Positions 49,545 to 61,553 of a stretch of DNA of 64,000 bases are shown here, piece by piece (the stretch's first letter is position 1; each line of letters opens with the position of its first letter). Both the position numbers and the translations under genes were made by a program. Under the pieces are notes generated by a model. It made no database searches. It was not told where the DNA came from and saw only the letters and a list, made by a program, of their open reading frames with translations. The DNA comes from Lingula anatina (lineage: Eukaryota; Animalia; Brachiopoda). The stretch covers positions 2,480,001-2,544,000 of the forward strand of contig CM120649.1 of NCBI GenBank assembly GCA_051362555.1, written 5' to 3'.

Positions 49545-51397
49545 ATGGCATCCAAGAAATTGTACGAGGAGTTCAGTGACAATTTTCTCACGTGTCACAT
49601 CTGTCTACACGAGTATGAGGACCCGCGTGTCCTCCCGTGCTATCACACTTTCTGCCTGGCTTGTCTTGCCCAGCACGTGAGAGTTAGTGGGACGGGAGGC
49701 AACATCACGTGTCCAGTGTGCCGCCAGGAGGCGCCTGTTCCACCGGGTGGGCTGGAGAAACTTGTCCGTAACTTCTTTTTGTCCAAGGTGAAGGACTTCA
49801 TGTTGACAATAGAGAATAAAGACAAAATGTGCGGTAACTGTGACTCACAAGTTGCTCAATTTTACTGTCAAGATTGCAGACATTTTTTATGTGAGAACTG
49901 TCGACAAAAACAGCATGACGCTATAAACATTTTGCGGGGACACAAAATGATATCAGCGTCTGATCACGATAAGCATGTCCAGGAAAAAATGGACGCTAGA
50001 CTATTTTGTGATAAACACAAAGGACAACATTTAATCTTTTATTGCACTGATGACGATGTTGTTGTGTGTCGTGACTGTATTCTCACCAAACACAACAAAC
50101 ACAACTGTGTAGACATTGCAGATGTAGCAGAAATCCATAAAGAGAAAATAAATAGTGCCTTTAATCATTTATCTAAGAACATTGCATTGTTTGAAAAAGC
50201 AGAGTCAGAAATATCTAAGCAACAGAAAGATACAAATGACCTCGTCAACAAAACGGTGGCCGACATACAACAACAGGAGGCAGATATTATAAAAGAGGTT
50301 CAGCGTATTTCAGCTCAGTTGATAGCAGAAGCAAATTAAAAGACCTCGCCGCAACGCACATGAAGTCACTCGAGGCTGAGAAAGATCGCGTTCAACTACA
50401 GAAAGTATCCATCCACAGCACATGTGAGTTTGCCAAACAGCTTGTTCAACATGGCTCCCACACGGAGGTGATGACACACGCTAAAAATATCCAAGCAAGG
50501 ATGAAAGAACTGAACAATGTCAGACCCACCGTACAGGTAAAAACAATAGAGATCACTTTCAGTAAAGGAAAACTTCCAGTGGACTTCTTTGGTCGAGTGA
50601 AGAAGTTAGAATGGCTAGATACTGCATCTTTGTTGGGTGAGTTTGATAGCAGTATGAGCTATGTGGCGGACATATCGTGCAGTCGAAATGGAACAATATA
50701 TCTAGTTTCTTACTTTAGGGATAAATTTAAAGCAATATCACCAGCTCATGAGGTGATATTTCAGGTTGATGTACCACATCCCAGAGGTGTCACTGTGCTC
50801 AGTGATGACAGACTGGTGGTTACATGTTATGATGGATGCCGAGTGTATTCCTCCTCCGGAAAACATGTCAAAACATTTGGTCAGGGTGACATGTGTATGC
50901 CCTTGGGTGTTACAGTGGACAACAATGGACACATACTTATCTGTGATAACACCAATATATGTATCTGTGTGCATGACGCTGTGCAGTACAATCTTATCAG
51001 TAAGATCACTCTACCTATGTGTAAAGATCCACAATACATTGCAGTGCTCCCATGTCGTGACACCATTGTGGTGAGTGACTGTAATGGACACTGTGTATAT
51101 GGAGTGACCCCCCAGGGTGATGTAGTGTTCCGGTATGGTAGACCAGGGAGGAGAGGTTCAAGTGATGGATACCTGAACTCCCCCTGGGGAGTGTGTACAG
51201 ACAGCGTGGGGCACATCTTCATTGCTGACCGGGGGAATCACAGGGTGGTTGTTCTGACCTCAGATGGTCAACTATTAAGATACGTGGTGGGTCCACAACA
51301 CGTTTCAGCACCAATGGGTGTGACCATTGATAACAAAGGACAGCGTGTAGTGGGGGAGTTTGAAGGCAAGGTGAAAACATTTACCTATTTTCCTTAA
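49545..51397 (+). pseudogene. TRIM-NHL copy 6 with a 5-bp frameshifting insertion
   Basis: GCAAAAGAC in the other copies reads GCAAATTAAAAGAC at 50331-50344, giving TAA at 50337-50339. Total span is 1853 vs 1848 bp in copy 1; both halves are otherwise open. Confidence 0.87.
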
Positions 51398-51998
51398 CTA
51401 CAATTTAGTATCAGACGTTAACCAGCCGACATCATTTTTAACATAAAAAGAAAGAAGAATTACAGCGAAACTTTGCGAACATTGCTTGCTGAACACATAA
51501 TTATGGATATTTCTGAAATTATAACGTTTATATTAGAAGGTGATGATATTGTTTTTTTTTTTCTTCAACAATTAGTTATACGATAATGTAGGAGTGGGAA
51601 AGTAAAATTAATCGTTATTTACGTTTAAATTCCACACACTAGCTAATTTAATGTCGGGGTTGAAAAGTGAAAAGAAACAAATTTGTTTTTTTTTTAAATT
51701 CTTTTCGCACTTTTACAGCCAAGTTACTGTGTTATAAAAGAACAATATTTTATATGAGCAATGGTATAGTTTGATATGTTTCTAAAAAGGACACAGTACG
51801 ACAAGTGATGTTACCCTCAAATGTACGTGTAACAAGCTTGCACGATCTCTTGTATTCTTGTAAATAAACGCTTAAAAATACCATCAGTAATACCAGTATT
51901 TACTGTGAGACCAGCAGGAATATCCTTCTTTTCATGTAAAAAATTGAGTCTGGACATTAGTTTTATTTTATTGTACCAAAAAAAAAAGAAAAAATATT

Positions 51999-52058
<60 letters not shown>

Positions 52059-52356
52059 AATCGCAAAATAATTTTAATTAACGATCTTTACGAAATTGAG
52101 AGTGCCGTTTCCTTAGAAGTATCACTTTCATTTCTATTTTAGCGGTAAAACAAGCCGCTGACCATAAAATTGATGGCTTGGCGTTCCGGTATGTTTTTTT
52201 TAATTTATTAATTTTTCATTTCACAAGTTAAAGTTTGAGCATTCGATGACGATCGCGAGATCGTCTACTTCTTCATAAGTTGGCTTCTCTGTAAGCTTCA
52301 TACACGGCCGCGTCCTCTTTCCTCGTTTTTATTTTCCATCGACAGCAAGGTGTCGG

Positions 52357-53162
52357 CACCCTGAGCTTCAGAGCTAACTTGACACTAACCTTTTCACTGT
52401 AGCCTATCTCCATCGTGTCAAGTAACCTCTGACCACATTCGATTGCCCCCGCCGCCCGCCAATCAAATTTAAAGCCAGCACTCAATGACTCATTGAACGA
52501 TCTAGCCAAAGAACGCGAACGAGTCAAAGCGCGCTTTGTTCAAATCCGGACCAATCAAAGATAAGGCTGAATATCAGGGACTTGCCGTAACCTGTTGGCA
52601 GCACGCAAAATACATCAGCCCTCAGTAGATAATGATGCAGGGCATCAAACTGCTCTGGTTTCAATACCGATATACTCCATGCTTTCTTTGGGTCTGTTCC
52701 CACAACTTTAGATCGATCTATCACCGCGGGGAGTCTCACTAGATTACTGTCAGATAATCCCCCTTAAGTGCCCGTCCCCGCCTACTACAAGCTATAAGGG
52801 GTAATTAACTTTCGTGTCCGCCCGGCTGACAGCTATTTAGCGTGAACCCCCAGGGAGGTAGGTCGATCTAATCTATGGAAATGGGGTGTTTGTGTACGGT
52901 TATGCACTCGGAACTACTCGGATGTCTCCGCACTCGACAATAACTATGTTGTTAGTATGGAGCTTGCGGAATCAGCCGAGGATTGCCGATTGACGATCAA
53001 CCAATCAGCGTTTTCACCAAACTTTGGTGAAAAAATTTGAAACATGGATTCGATTGGCTTATATAAACTAGGTCAAACTATTTTCGTCAGAAGTTACTTG
53101 ACACGATGGAGATAGGCTACAGTGAAAAGGTTAGTGTCAAGTTAGCTCTGAAGCTCAGGGTG
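52357..53162 (-). mobile_element. 806-bp TIR element carrying a RecQ-like SF2 helicase fragment
   Basis: 70-bp perfect TIR (CACCCTGAGCTTCAGAGC..) and 8-bp TSD GGTGTCGG, with an empty site at ~13759. Minus-strand LKPEQFDAL..DVFCVLPTGYGKSLIF lies within ORF 52524-52739. Confidence 0.9.
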
Positions 53163-53282
53163 GGTGTCGGTAATTCCCGGTATCAACTGTAAATCTTTAT
53201 ACGGGTGTAACAAATAAATCGCACACACTCACACACACACACACACGCGCTCGCGCGCTCAAGACTTGATAAAAGCAACCTG

Positions 53283-53383
<101 letters not shown>

Positions 53384-53814
53384 TTTCGATTTTCACCCTG
53401 TATAATTAACAAGTTAAAGGTTGTTTCCACGCTTCCAAGTATTGTAGACAGGATTGTGCTGGAAGTGACGTGTAGTGGTTTAAGACGTGAAGCTGACTGT
53501 TCATTTTTAGCTGGAAATGAAGGGGAGTGAAAACGTGGGCTCAGAGATAAAGGCGGTTTTTCCAACAAAACGGTGAGACAGCATTTTTTTTTTTTTTTTT
53601 TGGGGGGGGGGGGCATTTTGGGCAGAGAATACTTGTAGAAATGATAGGCACATGTTATGAAAACGTGTTACGAAATCTGAAGATCCAGAATCGTGCTTAA
53701 TTTGCAGTCAATTTGTTTTGTCATATATGCTGTATCGGCCGAGAGCGCGACAAAGAGCATCAAGGGAAAAGCATTCATACATTAATTTAACCAGTATATC
53801 TTATTATGTTTCCA

Positions 53815-54023
53815 CGTGTTCCGCATCGGGAATTAAGGTGTATCATCCAACGTGGAAGTCAAGATGCGCCTACAGAATGTCGAGTTGATCCGCAGCAGGA
53901 AGAAGTTCTATGCCCAGTACATCGATATCTCTGAAAGTAATGAAGTTAAGGAATTTCTAAGGAGACAAGACTTCTATCGGTCCACAGCTTTTTAACGGCG
54001 AGGAATACTTTGTGACACTGTAA
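53815..54023 (+). pseudogene. Divergent SH3BGR-like exon relic with extra frameshifting deletions
   Basis: Paralog of 662-887, with additional small deletions near 53843 and 53969. Confidence 0.7.
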
Positions 54024-55590
54024 AGACGACAAGACTCGCAAATGTACATGTGTAATGTACTTCAACCGCCATTTTGACGAAAAACCTAACGACATATTTG
54101 AAAAAGAGAAATGTCTGAAGTTGGACGAGCTAACATGATTGTAATTTAGGGGTATATTCCGGTACATAATAATTTATAAAAAATAAATAAAATACAAAAT
54201 ATAACTTGCCCTAAGAGCATTATACCGGGGTACATATTCACTGTGTTGCGGATTGAAAAAATAAGAAAATAATTCAATATTTTGCACCCTTACAAGAGAA
54301 AAATTATTTTGCAAACTAGGCTTAAGTTCTTTATGCACCTGGCATTTGAATACACATTTCCTCATATAATGACGCGCGTGTGCGGTTAACCTACAGCTGT
54401 ATTTCCGTTGTTCGTGTGTGATGTCGCCCGTGTCACCAGAAATGACATGCATATCCGAATGCCATTCAGCGATAGTCCATGTGGAATTTAGCTCAATAGA
54501 GCGGTAGTTTCGTTTGGAATGTGCCATTATTAAATTTAAATAGATTCAGCACATTCTTTCATGTACAAAATGCAATAAAGTATCGTTCATCGCCCGTGTT
54601 TTACACTCTCGTAAGGAATGATAGTGTAAAGCGGATACCCTCTACCAGGGACACAGATTGATTTTTTATTATTAGATATTCACAGATATGTCTCTGGCTT
54701 ATTCATATCTCATTTTTACAAATGAACATAATTCATCTACGGCCCTGACAGAGGGTAAAGTGCGGGCCCACTATTCATGCAGCGTTGTCGGTCTGTTCAG
54801 TCTCTTTGCAGGTATTGTGTGAAGGGCGCAGATTGTGCTGTCCACGCTCACCTAACACATTCTGCTGTCCACTCTCACCTAACACATTCTGCTTTCCACG
54901 CTCACCTAACACATTCTGCTGTCCACACTCACCTAACACATTCTGCTGTCCACGCTCACCTGAAGCGCATTCTGCTGCCATCGTTCACCTAACGCATTCT
55001 GTTGTGTAGGAGCCCCATTTTCACATAAAAATAATGTGACGCATTGTCTTATGATTAAAACAAGATGCAGTCACTAGATGGCGGTAACAGCTCAGGTCGC
55101 GTTTGGACTGATGTGACAAGAATGCTAGTCTGCTAGGAACCGTAGTCCATTCCCTAGAATGCTTAGGACAAATCTTTCGGAACAGGAAAAATTTACACAT
55201 AAAAATTATCAAACACAAGCTGAAATATTTCAGCTTGTGTTTGATAATTTTCACGTATGATCCAACTACCGAGTTAATGAACATTTTTGCCCAGGAAAGA
55301 TTTAGTTCACAGCTAGTGAATAGCCAGATAAAACGCGTATCTAGTGTTCCGTCCAAATATCTGTGGACCTGGCGGAGGATAGAAACCCTATCGGCTATAA
55401 AGGATTAGTTGCCCAAATTTCAAGGTCGGTAATTACCAATATTTATTATTATTTTGTACCTTGAGCATTTAATTTGATTTTTTGATATTTACTTTATTTT
55501 TGTATTTGGTAATATAAAAGTTTTTAGCACATCATGTGGTCTGAGCTCGGTTCTATTCTCTTTACATTATACACTTTACCCTCTGAGGAC

Positions 55591-55786
55591 ATCCCGTACG
55601 AAAACGCAGTAGATACTCCAGCGCAGTAGACTACTGCAATCATACTGCAAACATGCCTCAAATCTGCTTCGATTTGGGAGCTAATTAGCATACTTGAAAC
55701 ATGCTTCTATCATGCTTCTAATCTACTGCATTATTGCTCCTCTCTGTACAAACCTTTTTGGAGTAGAATTGCAGTAGTCTATACTG
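55591..55786. mobile_element. Short element with internal inverted repeat replacing ~0.8 kb of the paralogous block
   Basis: TAGACTACTGCAAT (55626) pairs with ATTGCAGTAGTCTA (55768). The flanks correspond to ~16102 and ~16920 in the paralog. Confidence 0.5.
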
Positions 55787-58700
55787 GGAGCGAGTCATGG
55801 GAGATGGTTCAGAAGTAAGAGACTTCACGTAGATGATGTATTTAAAGAGCGTCAACAAATAAACCATTAAACTGGTCATTATGTGTCCTTGGTTTTTCTG
55901 TGAGCGACTTTACGTAATGCTGACACGAACCATAGAATCGCAGATTGCGTTCTGAGCCTATATAAGAGTTAAAATACTTAAAGTATAAAAGGGTTTCATT
56001 ACATATTTCTTATCAGTGTCGCAATATTTGGCGGTACATACTAATGTTCATTATTCAAATTGCATACGTCCACTCACGTTATATAATTACAGGTAAGGCC
56101 ATAAAACGAGTCGAGTGCACAAGCAAGCGACTCCAATCAAATTAATTAACAAGTGTGGGGATTTTATTTGTGAACTGTACAAAGCGATGCTTTCGAGTTA
56201 CGGGACCCAGTTCTTCTATCTCTTGTAACAAGTGCCTCATGATGGGACGAGTGAGGTCTGTTCTCACGTTCACCCAAGTCTACAGTTAGTGCAGACTTAA
56301 AGAACCATAGCTTGAAGGTATTTGGGAAGTTCCAAATCCCCGTAAAATAACATGTTAGACATAAGTAGTGGCGGGCGGGTAAGGTAATAACTGCTTATAC
56401 ATTGACATTCTCCTGTCTTTGTTTTGAGCGGTAAACAACATGTCCTTGAACAAAATGTTATCAGATAGCCTTCATAGAATAACTTCGCAGACAATCAGCG
56501 TCTGGGTTAATAAACTAACCCAGTTCTGCTATCTCCTGTATCAAGAGTCAAATGGTGGGGCGTACATCTCAGGTGACTCTGGCTATCAGGACGAGTGAGG
56601 TGTGTTCTCACGTACACCCAAGTCTACAGTTAGTGCAGGTTTAAGTGAGCCATCTAGAACGTGTTCAACATAAGAATATAAACTAAACACCCGTGCTTTA
56701 AATTCAACTTGATAATGGCTATTACAATTGAATGCAAATATTTTTTTTTCCTTTTGCCGAGGAGGAAATGATATTGGAAAATCACTTGAAACATATATGT
56801 CGCTCATTAAACCTATTTTTTAAAATCAAAATACCGTTTTAAGTGCAAACTCATGAAACTACGTGAGGGGATGTAATTAAAAGGGAAGTCAGTGGTATTT
56901 TAATTTTTTTTAAGTTACTTGGGAGATAACAATGCATATTACTTTGATGTAATATTTATTTATATGTCTGCAATATTTGGAGGCGGGAAACTTTTCCTTG
57001 TTAATTATAAAGGGAAGAAATCGAAAGTTAAAAAGATAAAAGGTATATGAACAGGTTATCTTTATCAAACCATGCGCGCGCACGCGTGTGTGTGCATGTG
57101 TGTGTGTGTGTGTGTGTGTGCGCGCGATTGCTACACACGTCTAAAGATCTACAGATGATAATGAAAACTTCCGACACCATACCGAAACGTAAATGAACAC
57201 GCTGTCGGTGGAAGGGTTGTCTGAACAGCAGGCTGAGCGCTAAAACAAAGAACTCAAACTGATTGTAGTGTGCTACACTTGCCTATATCAAATATTGTCT
57301 CTTATCATGTTTACCGGGTATAAATTATAGACACGTTAATATTTAATAAAATCAGGTGATTCTGTAACAGTCCATTGGCCACAAGAAGGTGTCGAGAGGA
57401 TAATTCGGGAAATGAGAAGCTTTTTAAACTAAGAATATGTACGATTCTTCACCTTATTGACAGCAAGTAAACAGAGCTACTCAACCAGGCATTTGTGACT
57501 TCTAGACATGATTAAGTTATCTAGAAATATGTTCAAAATAAGAATATAACCTAAATCGCCGCTATTGAAATTAAATTTGATAATTGGCTATTACACTTGA
57601 ATGCATTTTTTTGCTTTTTGTCGAGGACAAACTGATATTTGAAAATCAATTGAAACATATATTTTGCTTATTAAACTACATTTTTTTAAATCAAATACCG
57701 TTTAAAGTGAAAACCCATGAAACTGAGTCAGGGGATATAATCAAAATGGAAGTCAATGGTATTTTAGTTTATTTATTTTCACAAAGGTACTTGAAAGATA
57801 AAATGTCTCGAAGTGCGGACAACCATTACCAGGAACCGAGGTTTGTAGGGGGAAATGGACTACTGTTACACCGAGGTTAATAAACTAGCCCAGTCCTGTT
57901 ATCTCTGGTATCATGAACCCCGTGGTCCGGTGTAAAGCTCAGGACGATTGAGTTGTATTCTCACGTACACCCAAGTGTACAGTCAGTGAAGATTTAAAGG
58001 CACACATTTAACGCCATCCTCTTTATACATTTTTTTCGTGTTAATCCCAGCCATTTTCCGTAATATTTACTTTAGCGATAAAGGAAAAGTTCCTCAATAA
58101 TCCAGGTGGTAAATATCAGTGTTTATTTTTTCACTTTGAGCTTTTTACTAATGTGATATTTATTCATACTTTGTATTTTTCAATATATAAGTACTACTAG
58201 CAGTAATGAGAATAGTTTGAATGTATTTGGAAAGTTCCAAAATCCTTTGAAATCAGATGTCAGTAATCTGTGGCAGGGAAGGTAATAACTGCTAAATCAT
58301 TAGCAGCGTCCTGTCCTGGTATTGAGCAGTAAACAACTTGTCCTTGAACAAAATGTTATCAGAGAGGCGGGGTGGATATAGAGCAACTAGAAACACAATA
58401 CCAGCACCTGAGTTAATAAACTAGCCCAGTTTTTGCCCTCTCTTGTAACAAGTGCCTCGTGGTTCGGTGTACAGCTCGGGTGACTCCAGCTATCAGGACG
58501 AGAGTTGCAAAATGCGTTCAGTTGCAAAATGCGGCTCCACAGTTCTCACGTACACCCAAGTCTACAGTTAGTGCAGGTTTAAATGAGCCATCGAGAATAT
58601 GTTCAAACTAAGAAAATAAACTTAATCGCAATGATTGAAATAAATCTTGATAATTGGCTATTACACTTAATTACAAGTATGATTTTCACAATATTATGGA

Positions 58701-59705
58701 GATGATTTATTTTCAATATTATAATAATAATATGGAAATTTGAAAATAGAACATCCCTTAAATTATATCTTTCGATGATTGAACTGCGTGGCTTCTGAAC
58801 ATTTTTCACGAAAGGGAAGGCTGAATTTAGCGCAAATCCATGGTTGATTGAACTAAGATATAAAAAGGAGAAACTATATAAACATACAGTTACAGGATGT
58901 CGGGGACTGGGGGCTTGTCTGAATAGTAGATCGACCTATAGAACATAAACATCAAATTTGGCACCTGACTACTTTAACAGCGCTGCACTTGCCTATATCA
59001 ATTACTATTGTCTATTATCATGTTTACCAGATATGAATTATAGACACGTTAATATTTAATAAAATCAGGTGATTCTGTAACAGTCCATGGGTCCAAGGAG
59101 GGTGGCGAGAGGATAATACGGAAAATAAGAAGCTACCGATATTAAACTGCAACTAGATCTAAGATTGATAACTAGTTTTAAATGTTGTTGGTCATACAAT
59201 CATGATACATGTATTATTCAGAAAAATAAAACGCGCACCAGATGCTCGATAAATTATGAGAATATTATTGATCAATGTTTATTGGCTGATTACAACTGAA
59301 GTAATGTAGAACTGACTGAAATTTTCACAAAATCACTCCATTTCCACAATTTCTCTTACCAGATAATCTATTCAAGAACGAAATTTTTCCCAATTAAAGA
59401 AGAAGTAACCTCGTGAATATTGTTCACATTAAAATGTCATTTAGCTGCATTTTAGGCCGGTCTAAAGACAATGTAACTGACATGTGGTTTAAGAGGTTAC
59501 CCTCGCATCCCCCACCGTCCTTGGCAGAGGATATCATCACCTTGTCAGATGACGTGGTCTGATGATGTTCGTGTATATAACCCAGAAGCTGTTTTACCCA
59601 GTTCAGTCACAGACAGAAAGGGCACGAAAAAACACGACATCATGAAGTGACAAGACTTATATCACAGCGTTTTGGCTGTGTGTAAACTGAATTGAACCTA
59701 AAGCC

Positions 59706-61553
59706 ATGGCATCAAAGAAGTTGTACGAGGAGTTCAGTGACAATTTTCTAACCTGTCACATTTGTCTTCACGAGTATGAAGACCCGCGTGTCCTCCCATG
59801 CTATCACACTTTCTGCCTGGCTTGTCTTGCCCAGCACGTGGCAGCGAGTGGGACGGGAGGCAACATCACGTGTCCAGTGTGCCGCCAGGAGGCGCCTGTT
59901 CCACCAGGTGGACTGGAGAAACTTGTCCGTAACTTTTTTTTGTCCAAGGTGAAGGACTTCATGTTGACAACAGAGAAAAAAGACCAAAAATGTGGTAACT
60001 GTCACTCACAAGTTGCTCAATTTTACTGTCAAGATTGCAAACATTTCTTCTGTGAAAACTGTCGAGAAAAACAGCATGACGCTATAAAATTTCTGCGAGG
60101 ACACACAATGATGTCAGTGTCTGATCACGATAAGCAAGTCAAGGAAGAAATGGACGCTACACTATTTTGTGATAAGCACAAAGGACAACAGATAACCTTT
60201 TATTGCACTGATGACGATGTTGTTGTGTGTCGTGACTGTATTCTCACCAAACACAACAAACACAACTGTGTAGACATTGCAGATGTAGCAGAAATCCATA
60301 AAAAGAAAATAAACAGTGCCTTTAATAATGTATCGAAGAACATTGCATTGTTTGAAAAAGCAGAGTCGGAAATATCTAAGCAACAGAAAGATACAACTGA
60401 CGTCGTAAACAAAACGGTGGCCGACATACAACAACAGGAGGCAGATATTATAAAAGAGGTTCAGCGTATTTCTGCTCAATTGATAGCAGAAGCAAAAGAC
60501 CACGCAGCAACGCACATGAAGTCACTCGAGGCTGAGAAAGATCGTGTTCAACTACAGAAAGTATCCATCCACACCACATGTGAGTTTGCCAAACAGCTTG
60601 TTCAACGTGGCTCTCACACGGAGTTGATGACACACGCTAAAAATATCCAAGCAAGGATGAAAGAATTGAACAATATTAGACCCACCGTACATGTAAAAAC
60701 AACAGAGATAAGTTTCAGTAAAGGCAAACTTCCAGCGGACTTCTTTGGTCGTGTGAAGAAATTAGAATGGCTGGATGCTGAATCTTTGGTGGATGAGTTT
60801 GACAGCAGTATGGAAGATGTATGGGACATATCGTGCAGCCAAAGAGGGACAATATATTCAGTTTCTCACTGGCGGGGTAAAATTAAAGCAATATCACCAT
60901 CTCATGAGGTGATATTCCAGGTTGATGTACCATATCCCAGTGGTGTCACCGTGCTAAGTGATGATAGACTGGTGGTTACATGCCAAGATGTATGCCGAGT
61001 GTATTCTTCCTCCGGGAAACATGTCCAAACATTTGGTCAGGGTGACATGTCTGCGCCCAGGGGTGTTACAGTGGACAACAATGGACACATACTTGTCTGT
61101 GATAAGACCAATAAATGTATCTGTGTGTATGACGCTGTGCAGTACAATCTTATCAATAAGATCAGTGTTCCTATGTGTGAAGATCCACGATACATTGCAG
61201 TGCTCCCATGTCGTGCCACCATTGTGGTGAGTGACAGAGAGGGACACTGTGTATATGGAGTGACCCCCCAGGGTGATGTAGTGTTCCAATATGGTACACC
61301 AGGTAACGGAGACTCAGATGATGGATACCTTGACTCCCCCTGGGGATTGTGTACAGACAGCGTGGGGCACATCTTCATTGCTGACCAGTGGAATGACAGG
61401 GTGGTTGTTCTGACCTCAGATGGTCAACTGTTGAGATACGTGGTGAGTCCACAGCAGGTTTTAAAGCCAGCAGGTGTGGCCATTGATATCAAAGGACAGC
61501 TTGTAGTGGGGGAAGAAGAAGGCAATGTGAAAACATTTCGCTATGTTTCTTAA
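59706..61553 (+). CDS. TRIM-NHL copy 7 (615 aa, intact; closest to copy 1)
   Basis: Uninterrupted ORF with the same domain set. The N-terminal ~390 aa and 5' flank are nearly identical to copy 1. Confidence 0.93.
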   Translation: MASKKLYEEFSDNFLTCHICLHEYEDPRVLPCYHTFCLACLAQHVAASGTGGNITCPVCRQEAPVPPGGLEKLVRNFFLSKVKDFMLTTEKKDQKCGNCHSQVAQFYCQDCKHFFCENCREKQHDAIKFLRGHTMMSVSDHDKQVKEEMDATLFCDKHKGQQITFYCTDDDVVVCRDCILTKHNKHNCVDIADVAEIHKKKINSAFNNVSKNIALFEKAESEISKQQKDTTDVVNKTVADIQQQEADIIKEVQRISAQLIAEAKDHAATHMKSLEAEKDRVQLQKVSIHTTCEFAKQLVQRGSHTELMTHAKNIQARMKELNNIRPTVHVKTTEISFSKGKLPADFFGRVKKLEWLDAESLVDEFDSSMEDVWDISCSQRGTIYSVSHWRGKIKAISPSHEVIFQVDVPYPSGVTVLSDDRLVVTCQDVCRVYSSSGKHVQTFGQGDMSAPRGVTVDNNGHILVCDKTNKCICVYDAVQYNLINKISVPMCEDPRYIAVLPCRATIVVSDREGHCVYGVTPQGDVVFQYGTPGNGDSDDGYLDSPWGLCTDSVGHIFIADQWNDRVVVLTSDGQLLRYVVSPQQVLKPAGVAIDIKGQLVVGEEEGNVKTFRYVS

